Below are positions 42,271-56,027 of a stretch of DNA of 64,000 nucleotides, one piece after another. Position numbers and translations under genes: made by a program. Numbering within the stretch: the first letter of the stretch is position 1; every line of letters begins with the position of its first letter. The stretch is from the NCBI RefSeq assembly GCF_009914755.1, contig NC_060926.1. The stretch is one strand, 5' to 3'. Under the pieces are notes generated by a model that was not told the DNA's origin, did no database searches, and saw nothing but the letters and a program-made list of their open reading frames with translations. This DNA comes from the human T2T-CHM13v2.0 reference genome, Homo sapiens.

Positions 42271-44271
42271 TGAACTCTTATCCACTAACGTACCCACAAC
42301 ATGAGGGCAGGAACTCGCTTTGCTCATCCACTGCACTTGGAACAGGGGACACTCAATAAGTATATCTGAGTGATTGATTCAATGATTGATATCCTGAGAT
42401 TTTATTAATGAATGAATAGGAAGCTAGTCGTGTGGTGTAATTTGAGGAAGTGCTTACTCAACCCTTACCCTGAGAAAATACCTCTCTTGAAATGCTTAAA
42501 GCCATAAATCCCCAAAGTATGAAACGATTCTTTTGGCTTGCATATTTGTTCACTTTTAATAAGACAAGCGAAGAGATAACATATTAGTACAGTTTGATGA
42601 TTATTAGTCACTTCTGCCTGACTATGAGTGATTTTATTAGGCCCACTCCACATAATAGGTGAGAGAGCACTGCAGTTTTAAGGGAAAATAGAAGCAGCAA
42701 GAAGACTGTGAAATAAAGAGTGGCCCTGAGCCGGTAACTAATCCCGTATTTTACAGTTTTTCTCAGATTTGGATTAAAATGTAATGTCATCCAAACAGGA
42801 AAAGTGAGTTACCTGTGGTCATATAGCAAGTCATTGCTAAATTTAAAAGAAAAATAAGACTAGTTCCAACCAAAATTATTCTGTTTAGTTTAGATTTTTA
42901 TTGGACATAGGAATCAGTTGGGCAATCAAACCTAGAATCTTTGTGTAAGAAAAATGGAAAGTTTGAAAACCTCCTAATGACCTCTGAGCAGAAAAGCTGC
43001 CTGTCATCCTTAAAGTTTATCCATGCAACTCCAAAATAGATGGAGAAATGTTAGGGAATATTCAGATTGGGTAACTATTCAATCTTACCTCAAATAGTCA
43101 CCCTCCAGAATTTAACATCCCAGTGATTGTCCACAAAAGGGACAATTTTCTTAATGTGATACTAAGTGAGATACAAATAATGACACTTCATCAAACTGTG
43201 TAATTTTAGTCAAATACATTTTTCCTTTTAATATCACAGTTTCCTCGTCTGTGACAATCACAATCCCAATGTCCGTCTTGACAGATTGTAGTGAGGACTA
43301 AATAGATCATCAGTATTGCTGGACGGGTCACTGCTCTCCAGCCGTAGAGAATGTGTAGTCCTCCTGCAAGTTTAGCCTCTGCTCACGTCTGTGTCCTTTC
43401 CATCATTCACCACCCGTGTGGCTCCTTCCCTGTCCAAGTCCCTGTGGCTCCTTCAGGACTCAGCCCAAGTGGTATCTCACTGAAACCTTCTCTGGTCTTC
43501 ACAGGCACTATTGCTTGCTATCTCTTATTTTGGTCTACTAGCATTCTTTACATAATCTACATAATTCTATTCTGAGTTTAATGCATCTCCTCTAATCATT
43601 TTCTTTCCATGCATAAAATTAAAAGTGAGCCAAATAATGGCCAGATCTGGCACAGAATCCCTTTTGAACAAATGAGAATCTAATAACCTGGAAGATTTGT
43701 AAAGTGATTCAGATCTTTGCTGGTGTCTCTGGAAGAATACCCAAAGGAGCATTTTATTCCAAAACAAAAAACCTAAAAAACAATGACTCTCCTTCCTCCT
43801 ATAAACTCCTAAGAGTCCCCATACCAGCCAACCCAGTCTTCCCTCTCTCTACTTCTCTCTCTGGTTAAGCTCATTATTGTGCAGATCAAGGTAACATTTC
43901 TGGATTTGGAGGATCTGATGGGTATGCAAAAGGGGTTGATTTTTCCTCTTTCAGTCTTTGAAAGATATCTGAACTCTGTACGAGAGAGTAGGTCCCTGGG
44001 CTGACCTAGTAAGAAAGCATTCTCCCTTCTTAGGAAGAAAAGAATCAATGAAGTTTATTGTCATTTATAATTTAAAATATTCATTTTTGTCCCAGTCATA
44101 GTTGATTATTGCCCTTTCTTCCCTGCTGGCCTTTGAGTTCTTTTTCAATATAGGAATCCAGGGGAAACCTGGAAAGATTACTTGAAACTTGAGTTCTGAA
44201 TATCATTTGGCAGCTCTGCTCTTTAAAATCTTCCTCCCACTTCCTGTGTTTTCCTACTCAGGTACCCTCTA

Positions 44272-44484
44272 GTCCATAGCTCAGCAAATATTTTCAGATA
44301 GTAATAATTTGATTATTTTGGGCATTTGTACCATAAGGCAACTACCCAGTTCTGCTGTTGTAGCATGAAATTGCCCTCAAGGCTACTTAAATGAATGAGT
44401 GTGGCAGTGTTTCAATAAAACTTTATTTACAAAGACAGGTGACAAGCCAGATTTGGCCTGCAGTTCATAGCTTTCAAACACCTG
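44272..44484 (+). mobile_element. MER58A-like hAT-Charlie element
   Basis: aatgagtgtggcagtgtttcaataaaactttatttacaaagacagg..ccagatttggcctgcag. Confidence 0.8.
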
Positions 44485-46674
44485 CTACTACTCTATCCAT
44501 TCATTTTGTTGACCTAATTGTCATCACCTAGGCCAATTCTTTGGAAGAGATTTCTGTGTATTCTGGCCTTCCCAAACGTGATTCCTGGGAAAGCATCAGG
44601 AAACTGGGCTTTAGAATTGAATCTGTGGTTGAGTTCTTTGGATTATTGATCCACATACACAGTAAAACTTCAAGAACATCTCTGGAAATTCTTAAAGTTC
44701 TGGGACAGCTAGTTTTTAAAAATTTGCATTATGTAAGAGAGAAAAATGTAAGTAACCATAAAGAGACCATAATAACTGATGACATTGATTTAGTGCTTAT
44801 TATATAACATATCCTATAAATTCTTTACATGTGACATCTGTTTAATCCAGATAATATTTCCATGAGGCAGGTTCTATCATTTGTTTTATTTAAGCTGAGT
44901 CTTAGAGACTTTAAGAAATTCTCCAAAATCATATCATTAGCCAGTGGCAGAATTAAGGTAAAGCTCAGATGTATCTGACTCCCAAGAACAGTTATGAAAA
45001 AGGAAAGAGAGAATAAGAAATAATGCGTTATTTGGCTGGGGGTGTCGAGGGGGGATTTAGGGACAAATAATGACCTGCCCATCAGTTTCTTGTATATGAA
45101 TCAAATCTGGCAGACCACAAAAGAAACCACAGCAGGATTCCAAATTCACAATTCAAATGCTAAGCTTGCATGTTGCATAGTGATACTGGATAACCAAGAG
45201 GACCTTCTGAGCACTTGAAAGTTTCCAAAGCCACAAACTGGTACTTGGGACAGCTTTCACATCGGATCCGTAATAGTGTCTTCAGATTTTCACAAAGTTC
45301 AGTATACCTGGAATTCCTTGCAATGTCTCTGGCATTTTGCATGGGAATATTTTGAAGAACAAAGAAAAATCATTTTCTTTTGAAATCAATAATATTCAGG
45401 TAGCTAAAAATCTCACTGTAAAATGAAACTTTTTTGCATAGCAAAAGAGAAAACAATAAAACTGAGGTTAATATATTTATTTAATTGTATACTGATAATC
45501 CATTGACTATTTTAAGATAAATTATATTTGAGGAAAAATGATAGATATAGCACATATGTTTGCAGAATCTAGGGTAAGCCCATGCGTAAGTGCTGAATAT
45601 TTAACCAAGGCTCCATAAAGCTTCCTCTTGCAGTCATTTTCTTTTTAGTATTAATTTGAATTCTGGTGCATCTATGATAGAGCAGCATATCAGGAAAAAA
45701 AGCATCAGTTGCACACTATGTACTTACCATGGCAACCCCAGCGTCACATGGTGCACATGCTAGTTTGGAGCCAAAGAGCTTCACGGGCTCTTAAGCAGAC
45801 ACACACACAGCCTCCTGGTCATGTGACTCTGCCTACAGTCAGGGCCTTTGCCAGGAAAATGTGTCAGCGTAAACTGATAAACTCTGGATTATTCTGATTC
45901 CTGCAACTCTCTGCTTTTTTAAAATCTATTCACTCATATTTATCTCTCTCTCTCTCTTTCTCTTCCTCTCTTCTTCTTTGTCTCCCTTATTTTTCTTCTT
46001 TTAGATGTAGAATACAATGATTAAAGGTTTATTTGCCAACTTAGATTTTCTCAAAATAATCCTTTCTATTGAACTCACCATGACTGGATAAAAATGTTTT
46101 TCGATGTCCAGGACCTTATTAATTTCCCCCATCAAAATCTTAGAACATGAATAACATGAAGCCTTTCCAAATATAGAATAATCAGACATGTCTACAGCAC
46201 AAATTATTGGAATCTGCCCATGTTTTTTAGATTCCCTTCTTCAATTTATGAGGGGATATTATTTTCTTAGCCATTATTTTAATAGCATCAAAGTTATTTA
46301 TTAGGTGAAAAGTGATCTATTCATGTATCAGATATTCAATTTGCTAGCTGCTTCTGTTATGGTGGATGATACCACTAACATCTACCACACACTGACAAAG
46401 TGCCTGCCACTGTACAAAGTGCATTGCATATATTAACTCACACCCCACCACACTATGAATTAGTTACTATTATTAACTCCAGTCTACAGATAAGGAAACT
46501 GAGGCCCAAGTGCTCAGTTATTAATCAATACATCAGGGATTTGAACCCAAGAGGCAGTGCCCTAACTAGAATGCTATTTTTTTTTATTAAAACCAAAAAC
46601 AAAGAAAAATACAGACATAAATAGGAAAATACAGCAAACAAAACAAAAACAGATGTTAAACTCTGTGATGGAAC

Positions 46675-46800
46675 ATGTGAGGTAATGCATAAGTTAATTG
46701 GCTAGATTTAGTCATTCCACAGTGTATATAGACTTCAAAATATCATGTCTTACACAACAAATGCATTTAATTTTATCTGTCAATTTAAAAAATAAAAAAG
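46675..46800 (+). mobile_element. L1MA 3' end fragment
   Basis: atgtgaggtaatgcataagttaattggctagatttagtcattccaca followed by an A-rich tail. Confidence 0.75.
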
Positions 46801-47749
46801 TAAATGATTAAATTGAGGATTGGGCAATGAAAATGTACATTCAGAGAGAAGGAAAGATGTAAAAATTTAGTGGCCAAAAAAGAGCTTGTTCACATATTCT
46901 CCAAATTATTACATCATTTAGATTGGTTTGACTTACATTAAACATGTTCAAATATCTCTAAAAAATAAAATGATAAAATAAAATAAATTCTGTGGTACAT
47001 ATCAATTCTATTTCTTGAAAATTATGATGAAACTATAGTAACTCTGTATTTTTCAGAAGTTATTTCAAATGCCAGACTAGTATTTTAATCCACTTGGATC
47101 AAATACATCACAGTTACGTGATCTCCATATGCTGCTGTTGTAGAGAAATCATACCTCATCAACAAACGGTAGACCGTTGGCATTCTTTCAGACTTTCCGT
47201 TTACATATTGTTTTAATTAACAAAATTCCATTTTCTAGTTGTTTTTTGGGACTCTGCTTATCTAGTTTAAGCTTTTTGAACATAAAGGCAGCAGATTTTA
47301 CAAACAGGCAACTCCCAAGATCCTGTGTAGGGTAATTAATGATTCTTGTGATTTGTGGTAAAGCTTTGAACTTCAAGGGAGTCTATTTTAAATTTCCAAT
47401 GTCAGTCAATCAGACTGATGCAATTTCTCAAGTAATCACATTTATGTGCAAATGTTTTTAGTTAACAGTCATTGAATAAATGTCTTCCTCTGAACTCTCT
47501 CTCTCTCTCTTTTTCTCTTAAATGAGCTTGTTTGCTTGCAACCACTTTGGAAATGATCCAGAACAAAATGTCATTAGCATGTTCCGGGAACTCATTAGCA
47601 AAATGCATTTATGCATTAAGAAGTCCACTTATAAGGCAAGCCATGTTCCATCTACTGTGAACACAGAAATGTTGAGGAATTGAACATGGGAAGGGTTGAC
47701 CAAAAGTTCCTATCAATGAGCAAAGTCATCAGACTTACATGACGTGTGA

Positions 47750-48155
<406 letters not shown>

Positions 48156-48279
48156 AACAATGATAGGTTTTAAAGCTCTTGACTGTGGTGACTGATCAGG
48201 GATATTATATGTACATTTGTACTGTGTTATATATATATGTTCAGATTTGATAGAAAAGGCAGTGTAAATAAAATCAACT

Positions 48280-48435
48280 TTATATATATAAATTTATGTA
48301 TATATGTGTGTATATCTATTATATAGCTATATAAATATATATAAATAGAGAGATATAGGTATATTTATATAGCTATATGTAAATTTATATTTAGATAAAT
48401 TGCTTATATAAATATATATGGCTATATAGATATCT
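48280..48435. repeat. Degenerate (TA)n tract
   Basis: AT-alternating low-complexity sequence. Confidence 0.85.
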
Positions 48436-49064
48436 CCCCTACCAGAACATCTTGAGAGCTGGAGTTATATCTAATTCTGCTCTGTACTTTCCAAAATACC
48501 ACCTAGGATGCCAATTCAACTGTTGTAACAAAGGAAAAAATAACCTTGACTTAAGTAAAGTAAAAGACTCTTCCCTCCCTTCTCTGTGTGATAGTCTAAG
48601 CATAACCGGTCCAGGACTGATATGGCATCTCCACCATGTTTTAGGTTCTGACTCCTTCATATTTTTCTCACCTATCTTCTCCATACAAATTCCCTCTTGT
48701 GATCTAAAAAGGCTGCTCCATCTCCTTCTGGCATACATATTTTAGCGGTCAAGTAGGGGGAAGGGGAGGCAGGTTCCTTTATTCTGCAGTATGATCAAAA
48801 ATTGTACACTTCCCTTTCACTCATAAACCATATGCCCTGGCTGGGTCACATGACTATGCCTAGCTGTAAGGGATGTTGGGAAGTATAGTTTTTAGCTCAG
48901 CAAGGAAATGAATATTGGTTGAGCATCTTGAATTATTGGTTCGAAAATACTTTTTTAAAAAAACCTATAAAATGTAATGTAATTAATATTTCATTAAATA
49001 CTTATTGTAAGTATACCAACTTCATTAATTGTCTAATTATGTATTCACTAAGAAAGCCATTTTA

Positions 49065-49228
49065 GCTGGGTGCAGTAGTGCATGCCTGTAGTCCCAGCTT
49101 ACTCAGGAGGCTAAGACAGGAGGATCACTTGAGCCCAGGAGTTCAAAGCTGCAATATGCCAAGATCGTACCTGTTACTGCACTCCAGCCTGTGCAAAGTA
49201 GTGAGACCCTATCTGTTTAAAAAAAAAA
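49065..49228 (+). mobile_element. Alu monomer (FRAM-like)
   Basis: gctgggtgcagtagtgcatgcctgtagtcccagc, A tail, flanking aagccattt / aagcaattt. Confidence 0.8.
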
Positions 49229-49517
49229 GCAATTTGTTTGGAAAACAATATTTTCACTGAATTTCCTCCCTTTGCCAAAATCCTGGCGTATGTATATTTG
49301 CCGAAAAAATTTATAGGTAACCATAAATTAAACAAGAAATGTATAGTCAAATTTTTAAAGGGCAAATTTAAAAAAAAATTTAAAATATATATAGCAAAAT
49401 ATGATATTAAGTGATATGTATGTCTATTTTAGTTTGTATGAGTAGAGTAGGGAAGTTCCAAAACTAAGTGATTTAATGGTCTTCAAATATTTTTAAATAG
49501 TCCTGAGTAAATGATTT

Positions 49518-49699
<182 letters not shown>

Positions 49700-52079
49700 G
49701 AATTATTAGAGTCAAGCAGTTGAAGTGATAAAACATCAGGTGTTTCATTAAGCTGTATTTTGCAAATATCAGTATTTAGGGGATGTAAAATGGAATGTGA
49801 ATAAAATGATTTGGAATGGCATGTATCTCTATAATTACCAAACCAGGGACCACTATATTTTAATAAAAAGATCTATCATCACAACTGCCCATGAGTTTCT
49901 TCTATTCAGTAGTAAGGGAGGGTTTGTGTGAATATTGAAGAGAAAAGCTCTTTGTGTTACCTTCAGAAGAGTTAGGAAGGAGAACCTAGCAAGGTTGTCT
50001 GTGATGTAAATGACACAGCGTAAAGACAGACCAGTACTCTGGAGCTGCAATAGGTAAGATTGGGAGCTGTCCAGCGGCGTCAGAGACAACTGCCCCTCTG
50101 CCCTCCAGTACAGCAGCATCCTAGGGGGCTTCAAAGCTGCTTAAACATTTCTGTCAGCCCACAGCCACAGTAGCACCAGCTTTTCCACGTGTAAATGAAG
50201 GAAACAAACCTATTTCTTTCATAAAATTCTAGCACAAATTTCAGTATTGGGGGACAAGAACTGGCTGTTCTTAGAGTTTAGAAGTTTGACACTTGTGCAA
50301 TTAAAAGTAGAGGCTTGAAAATTAATTCTTTGAATTTTCATGAAGAGAGAAGCAGTTTTTTGAAAATGTTCATGCATTCAACTGATACTGATCGATTGAT
50401 TGTCCACTCTGTGCCCATGTTATTAGTGGGCACTGGAACGTATAGCATGAATTTGGAGGTGCTGCATAACACCAGCTGGTATGTCCTAATAATGCATTTT
50501 CTCTGTGAACTTTCTCCTCTGAAGACTGTACACTGTCTTATTTCATAATACAGAAATACATGGACAGTGCCATTGTTGTAGATGATACATGTTTCTATAT
50601 TATCATTTAATGTGTTGGACACGTTTCATTAAGTGAATCACACCACCATTTTATATATACACGTGTGTGTGTACACACATGTGTAAAACTGATACAGGTA
50701 TGTTTAAAAGGCAACTTGATATATATATAATTAGACTTGTCAAATACATCATATATGATTAGACTTGTCGAATACCTCAATGCTGAATTAATCCTTTATT
50801 AAGAAGAACATTATAGTTCTTGAAAGCTATTGTGCAACTAGCTGAGTGTGTTTTCCTAGCCAAGCCTGAAAAGTGTCCTGATATATAAAAAGTTTATTTT
50901 ATCTCATGGTACTACTCTTCCTGCATTTTGACCCATTTTGTGACTTCCTTATTGGCCTTTTATAAACATGATCTTTTGTGTGTTTTGCTTTTTTCGGTGA
51001 CACTTCTCCTCTGAATTTATATCCCAGACAGTTGCTATTTGCCCTCAAAGTTCTTGAATAATCAAATAAGCATAGAAAGTAAATTAAGCAAAGGCATACA
51101 TGAATAAAGGCATCATTTTATTTTATTGAATACATAAGGCAGTAAAGAATCGGGTAAGAAACAGAAAGTGACCCATATAAAGAGATAAAAAATATAAGTC
51201 TACTGAAACTCAACTGTGCCCGTGTTATAAATACAAATGAAAGTGAGTTGAAATGGAAACTCTTGAGAGTCAAATGATCTTTCACACATCAGTTAAAGAC
51301 TTCAAAAGAAGTCATCAAAGTGGAGGTTAAATTGGCTTAAGTTTTTAATTTGACTTGACTGGTCCAATACTCAATATTTCAAATCTCCTCATGCCTGTAT
51401 CTACAGTCTGCTTCTTAATTTAGTTTTCCTTGAGCAGAATAAATTGTGTATCATTCCTAATTATTAAAATGCTTATGAATTTTCTACATATTGGTATTTC
51501 TTTTTCTAATTAATTTCCCTGTAAAATATCCACTTCAGTAACCTGAAGGGATGAATTTATATTATAGCAGTTACTCTTTTTGGCTTTATTTCTCAGTCAT
51601 ATTTATGCACATGAATGCAAACACAAGCATCCACATGCATTCACCTAGTTATTAAACATATATTTACTACATGATCATGAATGCTAGTAGTAAAGAACTT
51701 GGGCCCTGGAAACAGACAAATCTGGATTTAATTTTTGGCTCCATCTCTCACCATTCTTCAACATCAATTTGCTCATTTGTAAACGAGATATACTATCTCC
51801 CTTATGGGGTGGTTGCAATCATTAAATGTGATGCAAGAACTATGTCAGATATTAAGAACTAGGAAATATAAGATAAAATTATTTATTGATCACCTACTAG
51901 GCACCAGACACTGTAGTTTGCAGTTGTGTTGTGGACTCCATCCAGTCTAGCCCCTACACACCCCGTTTAGTCAATTTAACATATGGAAACCAGATTAATT
52001 GGTCAGATCATATCTCTGCCCTGACTTTTTCTGTGCTTTCCTTTTGCCTATAAAATAAAGGTCAAACAATCTTTAAACA

Positions 52080-52527
52080 TGTATCAGTTTCCTTGGGCTG
52101 CCCTAATAAAGTACCACAAACCAATTGGCTTAAACAACAAACATTTATTGTCTCACAATTCTCGAGGTGAGAAGTTCAAGATCAAGGTATTGGCATTGTT
52201 TGTCCCTGGGGTTTGTGAGGAAGACCCTCCCTAGCTTGACATGGTTTGCTGACAATCTCTGGCATTCCTTGGTTTGTGGAAGCATCACTCTGATCTCTGG
52301 TTTCATCTTTACCTGGCATTTTCCCCATGTGTGTCTCTGTCCAAATTTCCCTTTGTAATAACGACACCAGTCACATTGGATTAGGGGCCTACCCTCTTCT
52401 AGTATGACCTTATTTTACCTAATTATATTGCAATGACCTTATTTCCCCATGAGGTCACATTCTGAGGTACAGGGAGTTAAGACTTCAACATATTAATTTT
52501 GGGGAGGACACAATTTAACCCATAATA
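52080..52527 (-). mobile_element. MLT1C-like solo LTR
   Basis: aaagtaccacaaacc..ggcttaaacaacaaacatttattgtctcaca; ends ggacacaatttaacccataata; aaaca/taaca TSD. Confidence 0.85.
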
Positions 52528-54539
52528 TAACACATGCTACAACCTGACCCCAAACCCAACTCTCTAACCTAACTCTGATAGTTTTCTTCTGTATAGTCAA
52601 AAAAAAAAAAAAAAAAGAGAGAGAAGAAGAAGAAGAAGCCTCCTGGTTTCTTCTCAGGTAAAATTATTCTGCTTTCTTTGTCCCCATCTTCACTCCCACT
52701 GTCTCTGGCTTTGTCCTGTTCCTGCTGAAAAGACTCTGCTCTGAACTTCTGCCATATCAGAGCCTCATTCCTTCAAGTGGGAGCTGGTGGTGGGGCTGAG
52801 GGACTTGATACCCACCAGGGCAAGGCTTGGCTTGAGTAGCCATAGAAGTCACCCTGAGGAATTGTCAAAATGGAATTCATTATTCAAAGGAAAAGGAGAA
52901 CTGAGCTATGAAGTGGAAAATACAGTTCATCAAATCATATATATATATATATGTATATATAGCACCCAAGCAATATAAATTAGAATAATCTTGTTATTTG
53001 GTGTCTAGTTTCTAAAACCAAGCAGCCATCTTTTCTGAAGAGGTAGTGGGCTGGACTGGAGCACGGGCACATCACAGGTAGTCATCCACAGCCACGTGGA
53101 AAGGCTTCATGGCAGTCACATAACTGTTTAAGCTTTGGAGGACTCAGTATATGACAGTTGTGAAGGATACTTTCTGCTCCTGTGTTTTAATCATCTAAAG
53201 AGAAAAACAGATATGAACTGTTGGTATTACCATATACTGAAGGAGGTTTGTCAGCATGAGCTATAAGGTAGCTAGGCTATTTCTGTCTACAAGTAAAAAT
53301 CATTTCATCTGGCTCTGATACCTGGGGATGTTTGCATGACCTTCCCCACTTTCAGATCACACTGCTTGTAGATCACAATTGTTTCATGTTTTCACTTCCT
53401 GCCACTAATTGGAACAAAGTCACAATGCATGGTAGTATTTTGAACTCATTTCAGAAAAGAAGGGCACCTCTCCACCACCATGCCAAATAAAATAAAACCA
53501 ACATATCTGCAAGTGTAAATGAGGTCTTCTTTCACTTGCCTCAAACAGTGGGCTATGTGCTTCACGTAAACATCTGATTTAATCATCCCTTCAGATGAGG
53601 AAGCTCAGGTTTAGAAAGGCTAAGTAAGGTGACCAACATGAAACAGCAGGTAAGTTTCAGAAATCATGTCAAACCTAGCCCCATCTGACTCCATAGTTCA
53701 TGATTCTATCTATTCTATCATCTCAATTCTCTTTCTATATGCAATTTATGAATGGGGACATCAATTCAAATAGCCACAGACCAGATCATGATAAAGCTTC
53801 ACCAGTTACTCTGCCTAACAATGATCTCTCTCTCTCTCTTTCTCTCTTTCTTACTCTCATTCTTGCCCTCTCTCTCTCTCTGAACTAGTATAACATATAC
53901 CTATGGCTGAAATACAATAGCTTGGAACATGATTGTTTTCCTGTTACAAGGTTAGATGTTGAGTATGTTCCTAATAGCAAGTTTCATGTCTTATCTTATG
54001 TCTCTTGGATACTTTATTCTGCTCTGCCCAGTACCACATATCTAGTAGATGTGTTGAAACTCCCACTGATTGGTTCTAGATATTTAACTTTATGAGTATA
54101 GATGAGTTTCATCTGAAAAACTGTCACATCAAGTAATGCCATGGACAAACTCAGGAACATTTATAATGCTATTGCAGTGGTGTAAAGAGACTGCCACAGA
54201 ACAAAAGAGTCTGGCAAGTGCTTTAGCTTTATCAAAGATAGACACATCCTGCCATTCATCACAGTGCATTGCCTCTGCTATGGCATTATGGTGACAGGGT
54301 CATCCACTGAGCCCTGCAAGTATTGTGAAATCACTGACAAATGCCTGCTGCTGTTCAATAGCACTTTGCGTTGATTTAATTTCCAAAGATAAAAATATCA
54401 AGAAGTTTTGGTAGATAATAACTTACATAATATCTTTCTGTATTTCCAAATGAAAGAATTAAGAATTAAAGATAGTAGATATCTTTAAAATAGCATCATC
54501 AGAAGTCCAGAGGTAAAACAAGAAGACAATCTAAATTGC

Positions 54540-55597
54540 TTGTTCATTCATCTACTCATTTATTCAACACAGATTTAGTAAACACTGACCTTTGTTTTTG
54601 CACTAAAAATTATGATGGGGATGTATATGTTTTGGAATTACACACGTCATACACCTAAACCAGAATTAGAGTATCAAACAAGGTTTCCTGGGAAAATAAA
54701 TACATAAAGTAAGACCTACAGTATGAGTAGAAGAGTTTTCAAGGTCAAAGGAAGAAAAGTGCTCAGAAGTACCCAAGTATAATGTGTTTAAGAGACTCAA
54801 AGAAGTGGTGTGACTAAAGGAGAATGTTCCGGGTAAGTGAGATGTGCTGGAGGGAAAGCGGGAGTCAGAGGATGCATACATCTGCATGTGAGTTGGTATA
54901 AGTTGGTGTAAATATTGCAGGGTGAGGCGGTAACAGTTGAGGACTGTTTGGGGACTGTGGAGGATCCACCAGTGCCCAGGATCTTGGGTTAGGCTATGAA
55001 GAAGGCAGACACCCAAGTGTATAAGGGTTGGGTTTTCATTAGGTGGATTTAAAGGATGTACTTGAGGAAAGGAAGTTGAAGATATAGGAAAGAGCACAGT
55101 TGAAAAAATAGATCATGGATTCTAAGCCAAATAAAGAAGGGGATTAAGCCAGTGATGGCCTCATAGTTAGGGAAAAAGTAGAAAGCCTAAAATTTGGAGT
55201 TTCATTGAGATTAATGGACAAGGTAGTAGAACGTGAGTAAGAGAAAAAGTCACTGAGAGTCCTGAAAGGATGGAAAATTGTGATTACAGAATAAGATGTC
55301 TGAACTCATTTTTTCAGTGGTGGAGAGTTGTGGGTCACTACAGATTTCAGCCTGTAGCCATAGAGGTGGGTCCCTGAAGTTAAATAGAAGCAAATGTTTT
55401 GGAAATTAGGACACCAAGGCAATGAGAGACAAGAATGTTTCATGAGTCCGTTTTCATGAGACATTGAAGATGTCCAGAATGATGGCAAGACATGGAGTGG
55501 AGGGGGACAACAGTGACCCACATTCCCTATCTTCAATAAATGGGGAAGGGTGAAAATAAGGGAAGCTAAGCAAATGTCAGGAAGCTCAAGGGAACAG
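54540..55597 (-). mobile_element. L2 remnant (continues after the THE1 LTR)
   Basis: Starts ttcattcatctactcatttattcaaca (L2 3' tail, antisense), with a purine-rich body. Confidence 0.55.
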
Positions 55598-56027
55598 TGT
55601 TATAGTTCATTCTCATGCTGCTATGAAGAAATACCTGAGATTGGGTAATTTATTTTTATTTTTATTTTTTTGCAGTTGCAAGATTTAATAGAGTGGAAAC
55701 AGAACTCCCATACTCTAATTTTTAAAGAAAAGACGTTTAATTGACTCACAGTTCTGCATGGCTGGGAGGCCTCAGGAGACTTACAATCATGGGGAGGCAC
55801 CTATTCACAGGGTGGCAGGAGAGAGAGTGAGTGCAAGCAGGGGAAATGCCATAGGCTTATAAAACCATCAGATCTTGTGAGACTCACTCATTATCACTAG
55901 AACAGCATGTGGGAACCACACCCATGATTCAATTACCTCCACATGGTCCCACACTTGACACGTGGGGATTATGGGAATCACAATTCAAGGAGAGATTTGG
56001 GTGGGGACACAGAGCAAAACCTTATCA
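55598..56027 (-). mobile_element. THE1C/D-like solo LTR with a nested insertion
   Basis: TG...CA ends, perfect 5-bp TSD aacag (55593-55597, 56028-56032). Confidence 0.92.
55654..55715 (-). mobile_element. Tiny polyadenylated HERV-W/LTR17-like retrocopy
   Basis: Minus strand reads GTATGGGAGTTCTGTTTCCACTCTATTAAATCTTGCAACTGCA plus an A-rich tail; TSD taatttat / taattttt. Confidence 0.75.

Noticed and set aside
44121-44133. Possible third copy of the 39-bp element (cctgctggcct)
   Set aside because: Only ~11 bp match, compatible with chance.
45720-45740. Resemblance to the U1 snRNA 5' end (tacttacc..tggca)
   Set aside because: Similarity stops after ~14 nt; better explained as an RFX motif or a minus-strand donor.
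54666-55097. Longest ORF in the track (143 aa)
   Set aside because: Non-ATG start, lies within an L2-like purine-rich remnant, and has no recognisable domain.
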